A stretch of 61,580 bases of DNA, the filler included, from Sandaracinaceae bacterium (GTDB lineage Bacteria; Myxococcota_A; Polyangia; Polyangiales; JADJQN01), in assembly GCA_947483975.1 (NCBI GenBank). It is 19 parts of 19 records of this genome, joined end to end, with 100 filler letters (N's around TTAATTAATTAA, not from the genome) between each part and the next. Parts side by side here need not be neighbours in the genome. Positions count along the whole stretch, not along the records: positions 42,577 to 45,668 come from CANKOL010000507.1; positions 45,769 to 48,856 come from CANKOL010000508.1; positions 48,957 to 52,044 come from CANKOL010000509.1; 16 more parts are not named here. One strand, given 5' to 3'. The notes under the pieces are model-generated. The model saw only the letters and a program-made list of their open reading frames with translations, ran no database searches and was not told the DNA's origin. The translations under genes and the position numbers were made by a program. Shown here one piece after another: positions 42,477 to 51,228 of this stretch (position 1 is the stretch's first letter; every line of letters begins with the position of its first letter).

Positions 42477-42576
42477 NNNNNNNNNNNNNNNNNNNNNNNN
42501 NNNNNNNNNNNNNNNNNNNNTTAATTAATTAANNNNNNNNNNNNNNNNNNNNNNNNNNNNNNNNNNNNNNNNNNNN

Positions 42577-42812
42577 CGGCGGGCCACCGTGCGCCGCGTC
42601 CGGAAGCGCGCCGCGCCTCCGCCGACCGCCAGCGGGAAGCGCAAGCGCCCGAGCGCCAGCGAGAGCTGCTCGACGTCGATGCCCGGCAGGCGCAGCGGCT
42701 TGGCGAGCTCGAGCAGCGCGCCCTCCGGCTCGAAGCGCACGTCGAAGCGCGGGCCCGTCACCTCGACCACGCGCGCGCCGTCCTTCGGCTGCCGGTCGAG
42801 CGGCTCTCCCAT
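42577..42812 (-). CDS. hypothetical protein, 3'-partial
   Basis: ATG two bases after the upstream stop (MGEPLDRQPKDG...LRFPLAVGGGAARFR). Confidence 0.5.
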
Positions 42813-42814
42813 CG

Positions 42815-43960
42815 TCAGGGCGCCTTCGGCGAGACGGTCACCGCCGCCGCACCCGAAACCACCGGCGCCGGGACGACCGCGCGCAGCCGCGTCCAGGCGT
42901 CTCCGAGCACGCGCTCCGCGAGCGCGCGCACCTCCGCGGTCGCCTCCTCGGGCGCGCCCGCCGCCTCTGCCTGCTCGACGCAGACCAGCGCCGCGACCCA
43001 GCGCTCCCGCGCGGCGAAGCAACGCGCGAGCGTCGGCAGCACCTCCGCCGGCGAGCCCCCGAGCACCAGCGCGCGCCGCAAGAGCCCGATGGCCTCGCCG
43101 TGCCGCTCACGCACGACGTACGCGTCCGCGAGCCTGCGGAACACCTCCGCGCCGGCGGTGCCGTCCTGCGCCCACTGAATGCCGAGGCGCAGCACCTCCT
43201 CGGCCCACTCGAAGCGCTCCGTGCGCACGTACGCCGTGCCGAGCACGCCGAGCGCTTGCGCCAGCGTCACGCGCGCGTCGGGCGCGAGCGCCGCGCCCTC
43301 GGCCGTGCGCAGCAGCATCGACAGCGGCCCCGGCCACGCACCGAGCAGCTCGATCGCGCGCGCCGCGTCCCCCGCCTCGAGCGCGGCCTTCGCCTCCGGC
43401 ACGACCGACAGATCGATCGCGAACGGCGACTGCGGCCGCGCGCGCGCAAGCTCGGCGCGCACGCGGTCTCGGAGCGCCTCGCGCAGGTCCTCCGGCGTGA
43501 GCTCCTCCTCCAGGCCCTGCACCGAGATCTGCACGCCGATCGGGCGCCCGCCGCCGAGGCGCAGCTCGAGCAGCTCCACCTCGAAGAGCCCGGCGAGCAG
43601 CAGCGTGCGCACGCCGAGGAACGCCTGCAGCTCGTCGCTCGCCGGCGCTGCCGAGAGCTCAGTCAGCGCCGCCTCGTCCGAGAGCATCGCCGTCACGAGG
43701 CGCCGCCGGAACTCGTTGAGCGGCAGGCGCTGCTCGGGCTCGTCCTCGCCGACGGCGAAGTCGATCAGCGACGCGTCCGGCGAGCGGCGGTCGATCGTGA
43801 GCGCGCGGATCTGCACGCCGGCGATGACGCCGAAGGCGACGAAGCGGTCGCCCACGATCTGACAGAGCTGACGGAACTCCCGCGAGCCGTCGCCGAGCCG
43901 GTCAAACCAGCCATCGGCGCGGATGGGCCCGAGATCGATGGCGCGCCGCGGCTCAGTCAC
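42815..43960 (-). CDS. TPR-containing hypothetical protein
   Basis: C-terminal TPR-like helices (LG.AY......AEEVLRLG, AIGLLRRAL.LG). Start set at GTG 43960; ATG 43969 is an alternative. Confidence 0.65.
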   Translation of the reverse strand: MTEPRRAIDLGPIRADGWFDRLGDGSREFRQLCQIVGDRFVAFGVIAGVQIRALTIDRRSPDASLIDFAVGEDEPEQRLPLNEFRRRLVTAMLSDEAALTELSAAPASDELQAFLGVRTLLLAGLFEVELLELRLGGGRPIGVQISVQGLEEELTPEDLREALRDRVRAELARARPQSPFAIDLSVVPEAKAALEAGDAARAIELLGAWPGPLSMLLRTAEGAALAPDARVTLAQALGVLGTAYVRTERFEWAEEVLRLGIQWAQDGTAGAEVFRRLADAYVVRERHGEAIGLLRRALVLGGSPAEVLPTLARCFAARERWVAALVCVEQAEAAGAPEEATAEVRALAERVLGDAWTRLRAVVPAPVVSGAAAVTVSPKAP

Positions 43961-43979
43961 CGCGGGCATCCTATCGCAA

Positions 43980-44033
43980 GCCGCGCCGCTTGCGCGGCTT
44001 AACTCGGCGCCGCGCCGCTTGCGCGGCTTAACT
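43980..44033. repeat. 25-bp direct repeat x2 (period 29)
   Basis: GCCGCGCCGCTTGCGCGGCTTAACT at 43980-44004 and 44009-44033. Confidence 0.8.
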
Positions 44034-44050
44034 TCGCGCCTGACCAGCCC

Positions 44051-45349
44051 TCAGCCGCCGACGACCTCTTGCGCTGCGCGCCGCCGCGCCCGCGCCTGCA
44101 CCTCGGGCGACTCCTTGACCGCCATCGCGATCAGCCGCGCGCCCTCGAGGAAGTGCTTCAGCCCGAGGCGCACGAGCTCCGGGCTCGCCTCGCCGACGTC
44201 CGGATAGCCGCGCCCCTCGGCGTCCGGCTTCACCTTGCCCCAGTTGGCGAAGAGCTTGCCCCACTCCGAGGTCAGCGCCTTCTGGATGTGCTTCTGCCCG
44301 TGCACCGGGTACCAGAACACGTCGTGATAGGTGACCGAGGCGACGTACGCCCACGGCGCGAGCCACGTCTTCAGCGACCACTCGATGGGCTTCTTGAGCG
44401 GGCCCCAGTAGATGCGGTGCTGGTTCTTCGAGGCGAACGTCATGTTCTTGAACGGCCCCTCGAAGTTCCACTTCTCGTCGAGCGCGTCGACGTCGCCGAC
44501 GATCTCGATGTCGCGGACGTCGCCGCAGCCGAGCCCGAGCTCGTGCGCGAGGCGGATGAACTTGATGTCCTTGAGCGGATCGAACCCCATCAGCTTCGCG
44601 GCGACGGCGTCGATGGCGACCTGATCGCTGCTCGCGAGGAGGATGTTCTTCACGTGCGGGATCATGCAGCGCGGCCCAGGCCCGTCGCCCGCGAAGGTGC
44701 CGTCCATCACCGCGAAGATCCCCTTGTGGATCTTCTTCTGGATCATCAGGAGGTCGACCAACGTCTCGTGGATGACGGGGTGCGTCCAGTGCCGGTGCTC
44801 GTTGAGCAGCCCGCCGAACGCGTTCTTCATCGCGCCCGTCGTCGTCGTGAAGATGTGCGTCTTGACCGTCGGCAGGTGGAGGATGTTCTCGCCGATGAAG
44901 CGCTTCGGGATGGAGAAGCCCTTGGGGAACACCTCGTTCAGCACGAGGAATTTGTCGGCGAGGTCGCCCACGGCGTCCCGCACGTTGATCCACTCTTCGC
45001 CGCCCTCGTAGAGGTGCACGTTGCGCAGGCCGTTCGCCTCGACGACGTCGAGCTGCTTGTTCTCACGCTCGCCGAGGTGCGCGTCGATGACGACGGTGCG
45101 GTTGTGGCAAGCGTGGATCAGGTCCTTCTTGTAGCCGTCCTTCTGCATCGCGCGGATGACGCCCTCGAGCTGCCAGGGCGTCGTGGACGAGGCGGGATAG
45201 AAGAAGTGCCAAGAGATGTTGACCTTGAGCGCGGTGTCCGTGTCCTTGTCGAGGGTCTGCTGGTAGTCCGCCAGGTTCATGACCCGGTGGTAGTCCTCGA
45301 GGACGGTGGACGGCTTGGTGCGGACGATGGCGACCTTGGAGCGCGACAT
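44051..45349 (-). CDS. DUF362 domain protein
   Basis: LKVN, STTPWQLEGV, LPTVKTH...TTGAMKN.FG, VMDG..AGDGPGP and SDQVAIDAVAA.LMG motifs. Confidence 0.88.
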   Translation of the reverse strand: MSRSKVAIVRTKPSTVLEDYHRVMNLADYQQTLDKDTDTALKVNISWHFFYPASSTTPWQLEGVIRAMQKDGYKKDLIHACHNRTVVIDAHLGERENKQLDVVEANGLRNVHLYEGGEEWINVRDAVGDLADKFLVLNEVFPKGFSIPKRFIGENILHLPTVKTHIFTTTTGAMKNAFGGLLNEHRHWTHPVIHETLVDLLMIQKKIHKGIFAVMDGTFAGDGPGPRCMIPHVKNILLASSDQVAIDAVAAKLMGFDPLKDIKFIRLAHELGLGCGDVRDIEIVGDVDALDEKWNFEGPFKNMTFASKNQHRIYWGPLKKPIEWSLKTWLAPWAYVASVTYHDVFWYPVHGQKHIQKALTSEWGKLFANWGKVKPDAEGRGYPDVGEASPELVRLGLKHFLEGARLIAMAVKESPEVQARARRRAAQEVVGG

Positions 45350-45463
45350 GGGCGCAAGAGTGGCCCAGCCCGCGCCACCGCGCATCTGCGGAGCGCCGAG
45401 CGGGCAAGGGAGCGCGGCGAGCGGCGAATATCTGGGCGCGAGAGGGGCGCGCTTGTCAGGCGA

Positions 45464-45646
45464 CTGCGAGAGGCACGCGCCGGTCGCGTGACGTGCTCGT
45501 CGGACGGGTCCCGTCTCCGCGCGGAGGGGCGGAAGACGACGGTCGAACCACCCAGCAAACAATCCGCTGCGGCAGCCGGCCCGGGGACCCCCGACGGCTG
45601 CTTCCAGCAGCCGCCGCCCCAGGCACCCCGCGTCCGCCTGCGCTCG
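45464..45646 (+). repeat. diverged copy of the structured ~160-bp dispersed repeat
   Basis: Shares CGTGCTCGTCGGACGGG (45492-45508), CCCAGCAAACAATC (45551-45564) and TCCGCCTGCGCTCG (45633-45646), in order, with the 49247 copy. Confidence 0.75.
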
Positions 45647-45768
45647 TCCCACGCCCGTCGCTCCGTCCNNNNNNNNNNNNNNNNNNNNNNNNNNNNNNNN
45701 NNNNNNNNNNNNTTAATTAATTAANNNNNNNNNNNNNNNNNNNNNNNNNNNNNNNNNNNNNNNNNNNN

Positions 45769-46008
45769 AGCGGACGCATCGACCTCCGCCGGAGCGGCGC
45801 CGTCCTCGCTGGCTGCGCTCGGCTCGCCGTCACCGCCGTTCGCGGCCCCCGCGTCGGCGTCGTCCCCTGCCGGGCCGGCCGGCTCAGTCGAGCGGTCGGC
45901 GCCTCGGAGCGGCGGGAAGGCGCCGAACGCGAGCCCGACGAGGGCGAGCACGCCCCAGATCGCGACGAGCACTCCGAGCGCGCCGAGTCCGCCGAGGAGT
46001 CGCTTCAC
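45769..46008 (-). CDS. membrane-anchored hypothetical protein, 3'-partial
   Basis: N-terminal TM segment followed by an Ala/Asp/Gly-rich linker. Confidence 0.5.
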
Positions 46009-46116
46009 CGGACGGGGGATAGCACGTCTCGTTCCGCTTCCGAAGTCCTCGACGAGCCCGCGGGTTCGTCTCGCGGGCGGGGCTGCGCGGCGCGCGCGAG
46101 CGCAGTACGCCCCGCG

Positions 46117-48027
46117 CTACGGCTTCGCGTCGGGCGTGCTCGCCCGCGCGGCGTCCCGCGAGGCGAGCAGGCGCTTGATCGTCGCCGCGAGCTCCGTCGG
46201 GTCGAGCGGCTTCTCGAGCACGGGCTGCGGCTGCGACTCGAGGAACGCGCGCGTCGCGTCGGGCGCGCCGCCGGTGACGAAGATCAGGCCCCTCGCGAGC
46301 TCTGGAGAGCGCGCGAGCAACGTCTGATAGACGCGCTCGCCGCCGCCGTCCGGCATCAGCACATCGCAGAGCACGACGTCGACGTCCGGGCTCGCCCGCA
46401 GCGCCTCGAGCCCGTCGTCGACGCCGCCCGCCGTGCGCACCTCGTAGGTGCGCTTGAGCACGCGGCGCAGCGCCTCCCGCACGGCGCGCTCGTCGTCGAT
46501 GATCATCAGCCGCACCTGCGCGGCGGGCGCGATCGAGCGGCTCCGGATGAAGGCGCGCGAGGTGTCCGTCGGTCGGTCACCGCGCAGGTTCATCGACACG
46601 CGCGTGCCGATGCCGCGCTGACTCTCGACGGTGACGTCGCCGCCGAGGCTGCGGATGATCCCGAGCGTCACCGACAGCCCAAGCCCCGTCCCGACGCCCG
46701 GCGCCTTGGTCGTGAAGAACGGCTCGAAGATGCGCGCGCGCACCTCCTCGCTCATGCCCGCGCCGTCGTCCTCGACGACCAGCACCACGCGCCTCCCCTC
46801 GCCCTTCGCCGAGACCGTGACGAGCCCGCCCTCGCGCGCGGGGATCGCCTGCACGGCGTTCGTGATCAGGTTCACGAGCGCCTGCACCAGCACGTCCTCG
46901 CGCCCGCGCACGCTGAGCTCCGGCTCGAGCTCGGTGCGCACGCGCACGTTCGGGGGCACGAGCACGCGCGTGATCGCGAGCGCCCCGTCCACCGCTCGCG
47001 CGACGTCGACGGCCTCGAGCACCTCGTGTCGGGCGCCGGCGCGCCCCGCGTCGAGGAGCTGCCGCACGATGCGGCTGACGCGCCCCATCGCGGTCAGCGA
47101 CTCTTGCAGCGCGGTGGCCGCGTCTGGGGGGAATTCTCCGCTGCGCTCGTGGGTCTCGAGCACGTAGCTGAGGTTGGCGACGACCGCCGCCGAGGGGTTG
47201 TTGACCTCGTGCGCCACGCCCGCCGCGAGCTGACCGAGCGCGGCGAGCTTCTCCGCGCGGTGCAGCTGCTCCTCTGCGCTCGCGAGCTCCTTCGTGCGCT
47301 CCTCGACGATCTCCGTGAGCGAGCGCGAGCGGACGTCGAGGTCGGCGGCGTGCGCCGCGAAGCGCACGAAGATCGCGCGCCCCCCGTAGACGGTCACGAA
47401 GATGAAGCCGAGCGACAGGAAGTACGGCATCGGCGCGTGCAGCAGCACGCACGCGAGGTCGACCGTGCCCGTGAGGACCAGGAGGCTGAGCCCAACGACG
47501 TGCAACTTCCCGGTCGCGCTGCCTCGCCGCGCATCCCCGATCGAGCGCGCGAGCGGCACCGTCAGGCCGAGCCACTCCAGGCCGAGGATCACGTTCCCGA
47601 GCGGCGTCGCGTAGGGCTCGGTGTAGCTCGACGCTAGCCAGTCGAGGTGCCGGTGCGTCGCGACGCGCGCGAACGCGAGGCCCGGGATGATGCTCAAGGC
47701 CCCGAGGCCGACGAGCGTCAGGCCCCACGCGCGGTACACGCGATCGAGCGGATGGGGCCCGGTCACCGCGGGCAGATACCAGCTGAGCGAGGCGAGGAAG
47801 CCGCCGCACGCGAGCACCTGCAGGGGCGCGAAGAGCGGGGCGTACTTGCCGAGCGTGGGGTACGCGATCACCAGGTCGAACAGGCAGTAGACGCTCGCGC
47901 AGAACGCCGGCCAGGCCGCGTTGCGGAACGGCTCCCAGCCGGGCGCCTTCGCGAAGCCGAGCGCCACGCCGCCGGCCCACAGGCCGAGCAGGACGGCGAT
48001 CAGCGGGACTATGGCTGCGAGCGGCAT
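46117..48027 (-). CDS. hybrid sensor histidine kinase (multi-TM input, HisKA/HATPase, receiver)
   Basis: About 7 TM segments, AGVAHEVNNP, NLITNA, DDGAG, FEPFFTTK, GTGLGL and a C-terminal REC (IIDDE, LCDVLMP, KP). Confidence 0.93.
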   Translation of the reverse strand: MPLAAIVPLIAVLLGLWAGGVALGFAKAPGWEPFRNAAWPAFCASVYCLFDLVIAYPTLGKYAPLFAPLQVLACGGFLASLSWYLPAVTGPHPLDRVYRAWGLTLVGLGALSIIPGLAFARVATHRHLDWLASSYTEPYATPLGNVILGLEWLGLTVPLARSIGDARRGSATGKLHVVGLSLLVLTGTVDLACVLLHAPMPYFLSLGFIFVTVYGGRAIFVRFAAHAADLDVRSRSLTEIVEERTKELASAEEQLHRAEKLAALGQLAAGVAHEVNNPSAAVVANLSYVLETHERSGEFPPDAATALQESLTAMGRVSRIVRQLLDAGRAGARHEVLEAVDVARAVDGALAITRVLVPPNVRVRTELEPELSVRGREDVLVQALVNLITNAVQAIPAREGGLVTVSAKGEGRRVVLVVEDDGAGMSEEVRARIFEPFFTTKAPGVGTGLGLSVTLGIIRSLGGDVTVESQRGIGTRVSMNLRGDRPTDTSRAFIRSRSIAPAAQVRLMIIDDERAVREALRRVLKRTYEVRTAGGVDDGLEALRASPDVDVVLCDVLMPDGGGERVYQTLLARSPELARGLIFVTGGAPDATRAFLESQPQPVLEKPLDPTELAATIKRLLASRDAARASTPDAKP

Positions 48028-48096
48028 CTGGGCGACTTCGTACAGTACGGCGGCAGGTGCCAGCAGTTGACGGGATTCGACTGCGGCGTCCTTCGC

Positions 48097-48856
48097 TCAG
48101 CCGCTGAAGTGCGCCTCGAGGGCAGCGACGGACTTCGGGATCTCGCGCGTCAGCACCTCGGCGCCCGTCTCGGTGACGAGCACATCGTCCTCGACGCGGA
48201 TGCCGCGCACGTCGGCGTAGCGCGCGAGCACCTCGCGGTTGACGCGCCCCTCGGCGAGGCGGGCGAGCGCCGGGTCCTCGAAGATCGCCGGCACCACATA
48301 GAAGCCCGGCTCGATCGTGACGCACATCCCCGGCGTGAGGTCGCGGTCGAGGCGCAGATACGAGAGCCCGAACTGCGCGCTCCGCGTGCGCCCGGGCGCA
48401 TAGCCGGCGCGGTCGCCGAGGTCCTCGAGGTCGTGCACGTCGAGCCCGAGCAGGTGCCCGACGCCGTGCGGGAAGAACAGCGCGTGCACGCCGTCCTCGA
48501 CGAGCGCCTGCGGGTCGCCCTCGAGGATGCCGAGCGCGACCAAGCCTGCGGCGATCGTTCGCGCCGCGACGAGGTGCACGTCGCGGTAGCGCGCGCCGGG
48601 GCGCACCGCGTCGATGGCGGCGCAGTTCGCGGCGAGCACGACCTCGTAGAGCGCGCGCTGCGTCGGGGAGAAGCGCCCGCTGACCGGCCAAGTGCGCGTG
48701 ACGTCGCTCGCCCAGCCGTCTGGGCCCTCTGCGCCGACGTCGGCGAGCAGCAGGTCCCCTGCCGCGCAGACGTTGTGATGCACGTCGTTGTGCAGGATCT
48801 CCCCGTGCACGCTGACGATCGAGCCGTACGCCGGCGCGCCGCCGTCCACGAGGAGC
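48097..48856 (-). CDS. Xaa-Pro aminopeptidase (M24), 5'-partial
   Basis: DVG, SDVTRT.P, HGVGH.LGLDVHD, TIEPGFY and GIRVEDD motifs. Confidence 0.92.
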
Positions 48857-48956
48857 NNNNNNNNNNNNNNNNNNNNNNNNNNNNNNNNNNNNNNNNNNNN
48901 TTAATTAATTAANNNNNNNNNNNNNNNNNNNNNNNNNNNNNNNNNNNNNNNNNNNN

Positions 48957-49077
48957 CCCAGACCGCGAGCGCGAGCCCGCCGTAGACGACCGCGTCGATG
49001 CCCGCCGCGCCGAGCGCGTCAGCGACGAGCAGCGTCGTCGTCGTCGGATCGTCGAGGTTGCGCTGGGTCACTGTCAC
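48957..49077 (-). CDS. putative nucleotidyltransferase-like protein, N-terminal fragment
   Basis: Manual translation MTVTQRNLDDPTTTTLLVADALGAAGIDAVVYGGLALAVW; the GG.A motif resembles DUF6036/AbiEii-like NTase N-termini. Confidence 0.45.
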
Positions 49078-49201
49078 GTCGTCGTGCGTCGAGGAGTGGA
49101 CCCCGGAGACGCCGCCACTCGAGCGTCGCGGCGCGCAGCACGACCCGGGCCGCGGCGGCCGCTTCGAGCCTGCGTTCGAGAGTCATCCGGTCGATCTGCA
49201 C
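49019..49201 (-). CDS. small hypothetical protein (possible antitoxin-like partner)
   Basis: 60 aa, MQIDRMTLERRLEAAAAAR...; preceded by TACCTT-6 nt-GTG; overlaps the downstream gene start. Confidence 0.4.
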   Translation of the reverse strand: MQIDRMTLERRLEAAAAARVVLRAATLEWRRLRGPLLDARRRDSDPAQPRRSDDDDAARR

Positions 49202-49246
49202 GCCTCCAAGGTAGCCCAAGAACGCAATTGGCGCGCGCCCTTGCCC

Positions 49247-49406
49247 TACGCGCCGCGAGTCCCTGCGCGACCGCGCCGACCGGGCACCGTGCTCGTCGGA
49301 CGGGGCCCGCGTTCTCGCGGACGGCGTGAGACGTCGGTCGAGCTCCCCAGCAAACAATCGCTGCGAGCGCGCCCATCCGCCTGCGCTCGGCACCCGGCCT
49401 TCGCTG
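49247..49406 (+). repeat. structured 160-bp repeat, copy A
   Basis: Direct repeat of 49875-50034; I count 8 mismatches in 160 nt. Confidence 0.92.
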
Positions 49407-49460
49407 TTGGAGGCGCTGCCGACGTCGGTCGCGCAGCTTTCGCGTGCTACTTTGAGGCCG

Positions 49461-49600
49461 GTGGCGACGATTCGCGTAGGCGACTTCGAGTGGGACTCTG
49501 CCAAGGCTGCGGCCAACGTGCGCAAGCACGGCGTCTCCTTCGCAGAGGCCATCAGCGTGTTCTTGGACCCGCCGAGAGAAGAACCTATGAAGCCCAGTGA
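49461..49600 (+). pseudogene. brnT: brnT toxin with an internal deletion
   Basis: FEWDSAKAAANVRKHGVSFAEAISVFLDP is followed at once, in another frame, by a BrnT-like tail AERRTYEAQ*; the central region is absent. Confidence 0.8.
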
Positions 49601-49823
49601 ACCGTCCAAAGCCTCGCTCCGCGAGATGCCAGAGATCGACTTCACTCGCGCACGCGTCGTGAGCCGCGGTCGCCACGCGGCGCGCGCCCGGCGCTCCTTC
49701 GAGACGCTCATCATCGACAAGAAGACGCTGAAAGCACTCGGCGGCGCCGATGCGGCGCTCGCCATTCTCGAGGCCGTCGCCAACTCGATCGCAGCGAGCC
49801 GCAAGAAGGGGCGCGCGGCGTAA
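49587..49823 (+). CDS. putative antitoxin (BrnA position)
   Basis: 78 aa, MKPSEPSKASLREMPEIDF...; ATG overlaps the brnT tail, and MPE.DF resembles BrnA-type N-termini. Confidence 0.6.
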   Translation: MKPSEPSKASLREMPEIDFTRARVVSRGRHAARARRSFETLIIDKKTLKALGGADAALAILEAVANSIAASRKKGRAA

Positions 49824-49874
49824 ACGCACTGGGTTGCGCGGCGGTCGAGCGGCGCAACGCCGGCCCTCACGCCG

Positions 49875-50034
49875 TATGCGCCGCGAGTCCCTGCGCGACC
49901 GCGCCGGCCGGGCACCGTGCTCGTCGGACGGGGCCCGCGTTCTCGCGAGGGGCGTGAGACGTCGGTCGAGCTCCCCGGCAAACCATCGCTGCGAGCGCGC
50001 CCATCCGCCTGCGCTCGGCACCCGACCTTCGCTG
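49875..50034 (+). repeat. structured 160-bp repeat, copy B
   Basis: Direct repeat of 49247-49406. Confidence 0.92.
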
Positions 50035-50071
50035 CGCAAGGCGCGGCAACACCTACTTACTGGGAGCCAGT

Positions 50072-50110
50072 CCTCGACGAACGCGGGAATGAATGCCGCG
50101 CCCGCCGAGG
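50072..50110 (-). terminator. hairpin downstream of the lipoprotein gene
   Basis: Minus strand CCTCGGCGGGCGCGG pairs with CCGCGTTCGTCGAGG (15 bp including G-U pairs). Confidence 0.45.
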
Positions 50111-50123
50111 TTATTGCAACCGC

Positions 50124-50651
50124 TCAGAACGCCGAGTCGCAGGATGCGGGCCAGTTTCCCGTCCCTGCGATGATGTCGGAACACGCGACGAGCGGAACGT
50201 CGCCGACGCAGCGGTCCACGTCTGCGATGCAGGATGTCGTGCTCGTGTACGTCGACGACGAGCAGTCGGTGCCGGCCGCCACGTATTCAGCACGACACAG
50301 GGCGTCGTCGTAACCCCAATCGACACAAACCCCAGCACCCGCTGCGTTGCAGCACATCATGACCCTGCTGCACCAACTACCGATGATTCGGTTGCACGCG
50401 GACGCTCCGTTCTCCGACGGGCAACCCATGTCGATCGGCGTTCCCGCATCGGGCAATCCACCGCACACACAAGAGCCGTACCCGGTCCCCGAGGCGCTGC
50501 AAACCTGCGCGCCCGAGCGTCCATCTGAACACGTGCAGGCGGTCGAAGATCCCGCGGTACAAACCGGTGTGGGCGTCGGACTCGGCGCCGGATCCGACCC
50601 ACAAGCCGCCACAAACATGAGAGACACGAACAAGACAGCAATTCGACGCAT
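50124..50651 (-). CDS. Cys-rich lipoprotein
   Basis: GGAGG RBS; MRRIAVLFVSLMFVAA-CGS lipobox; C.AG...ACTC.DG.SGAQ.C...G.GYG.C.C module; lower GC. Confidence 0.75.
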   Translation of the reverse strand: MRRIAVLFVSLMFVAACGSDPAPSPTPTPVCTAGSSTACTCSDGRSGAQVCSASGTGYGSCVCGGLPDAGTPIDMGCPSENGASACNRIIGSWCSRVMMCCNAAGAGVCVDWGYDDALCRAEYVAAGTDCSSSTYTSTTSCIADVDRCVGDVPLVACSDIIAGTGNWPASCDSAF

Positions 50652-50823
50652 AACACCCTCCTGAGACTCAGTTCCAATCAGCAAAGGCACGGTGCGCCGC
50701 CACGCAACTACTGCGTGGGGCACCCCGCACCTCTCGCGGCAGCCGACGAAGGTCGACCCCGGGCGCACTAATACCGGATGTTTACGGTTTTATCAACACC
50801 TCTGCGCACGTTGTCCTGCGGGA

Positions 50824-51114
50824 GTGCCCCGCCCGAATCCCGTGGTCCCCCCGTGGAACGTCGTGGCGGGCTATTTGACGTCCAACGTCCGGGCTCTCCG
50901 GGAGAAGAGTGGATGGACGCAGGCCGAGACGGCGGAGCGCGCAGACCTCGACGCCAAGCATATGCAGGCCATCGAGGCGGGATCGGGGAACGTCACCATC
51001 CGCACGCTCGTCGCGCTCGCGACGGCGTTCGGCGTGGATCCCAGGGACCTGCTCGCCCCGGCGCCCGCCTCGACGCCCCGCCCGCGCGGCCGCCCCCGTC
51101 GCCCGCCCGCCTGA
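50824..51114 (+). CDS. XRE-family HTH regulator with C-terminal AT-hook
   Basis: NVRALR...GWTQ...AE......IEAG..NVTI.TL..LA.AF.V; ends PRPRGRPRR; start uncertain. Confidence 0.8.
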   Translation: MPRPNPVVPPWNVVAGYLTSNVRALREKSGWTQAETAERADLDAKHMQAIEAGSGNVTIRTLVALATAFGVDPRDLLAPAPASTPRPRGRPRRPPA

Positions 51115-51228
51115 CCTCGGCGACTTTCCCGCGCGCATCGCGCAGTTTTCGCTTGCAGCGCGCCCTCCCCCCGTGATGGATTTTCGCCGCTCCGCGCGCG
51201 TTGCGCGGACTCGAGAAAGGGGACTTCG

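Noticed and set aside
49019..50039. 320-aa minus-strand ORFs with internal duplications
   Set aside because: They are translations through the two 160-bp repeats and antisense to the brnT/antitoxin unit.
50040..50123. Possible attC site (AAC...GTT) after the lipoprotein gene
   Set aside because: The R boxes are not complementary and no L boxes are evident; a simple RNA hairpin explains it.
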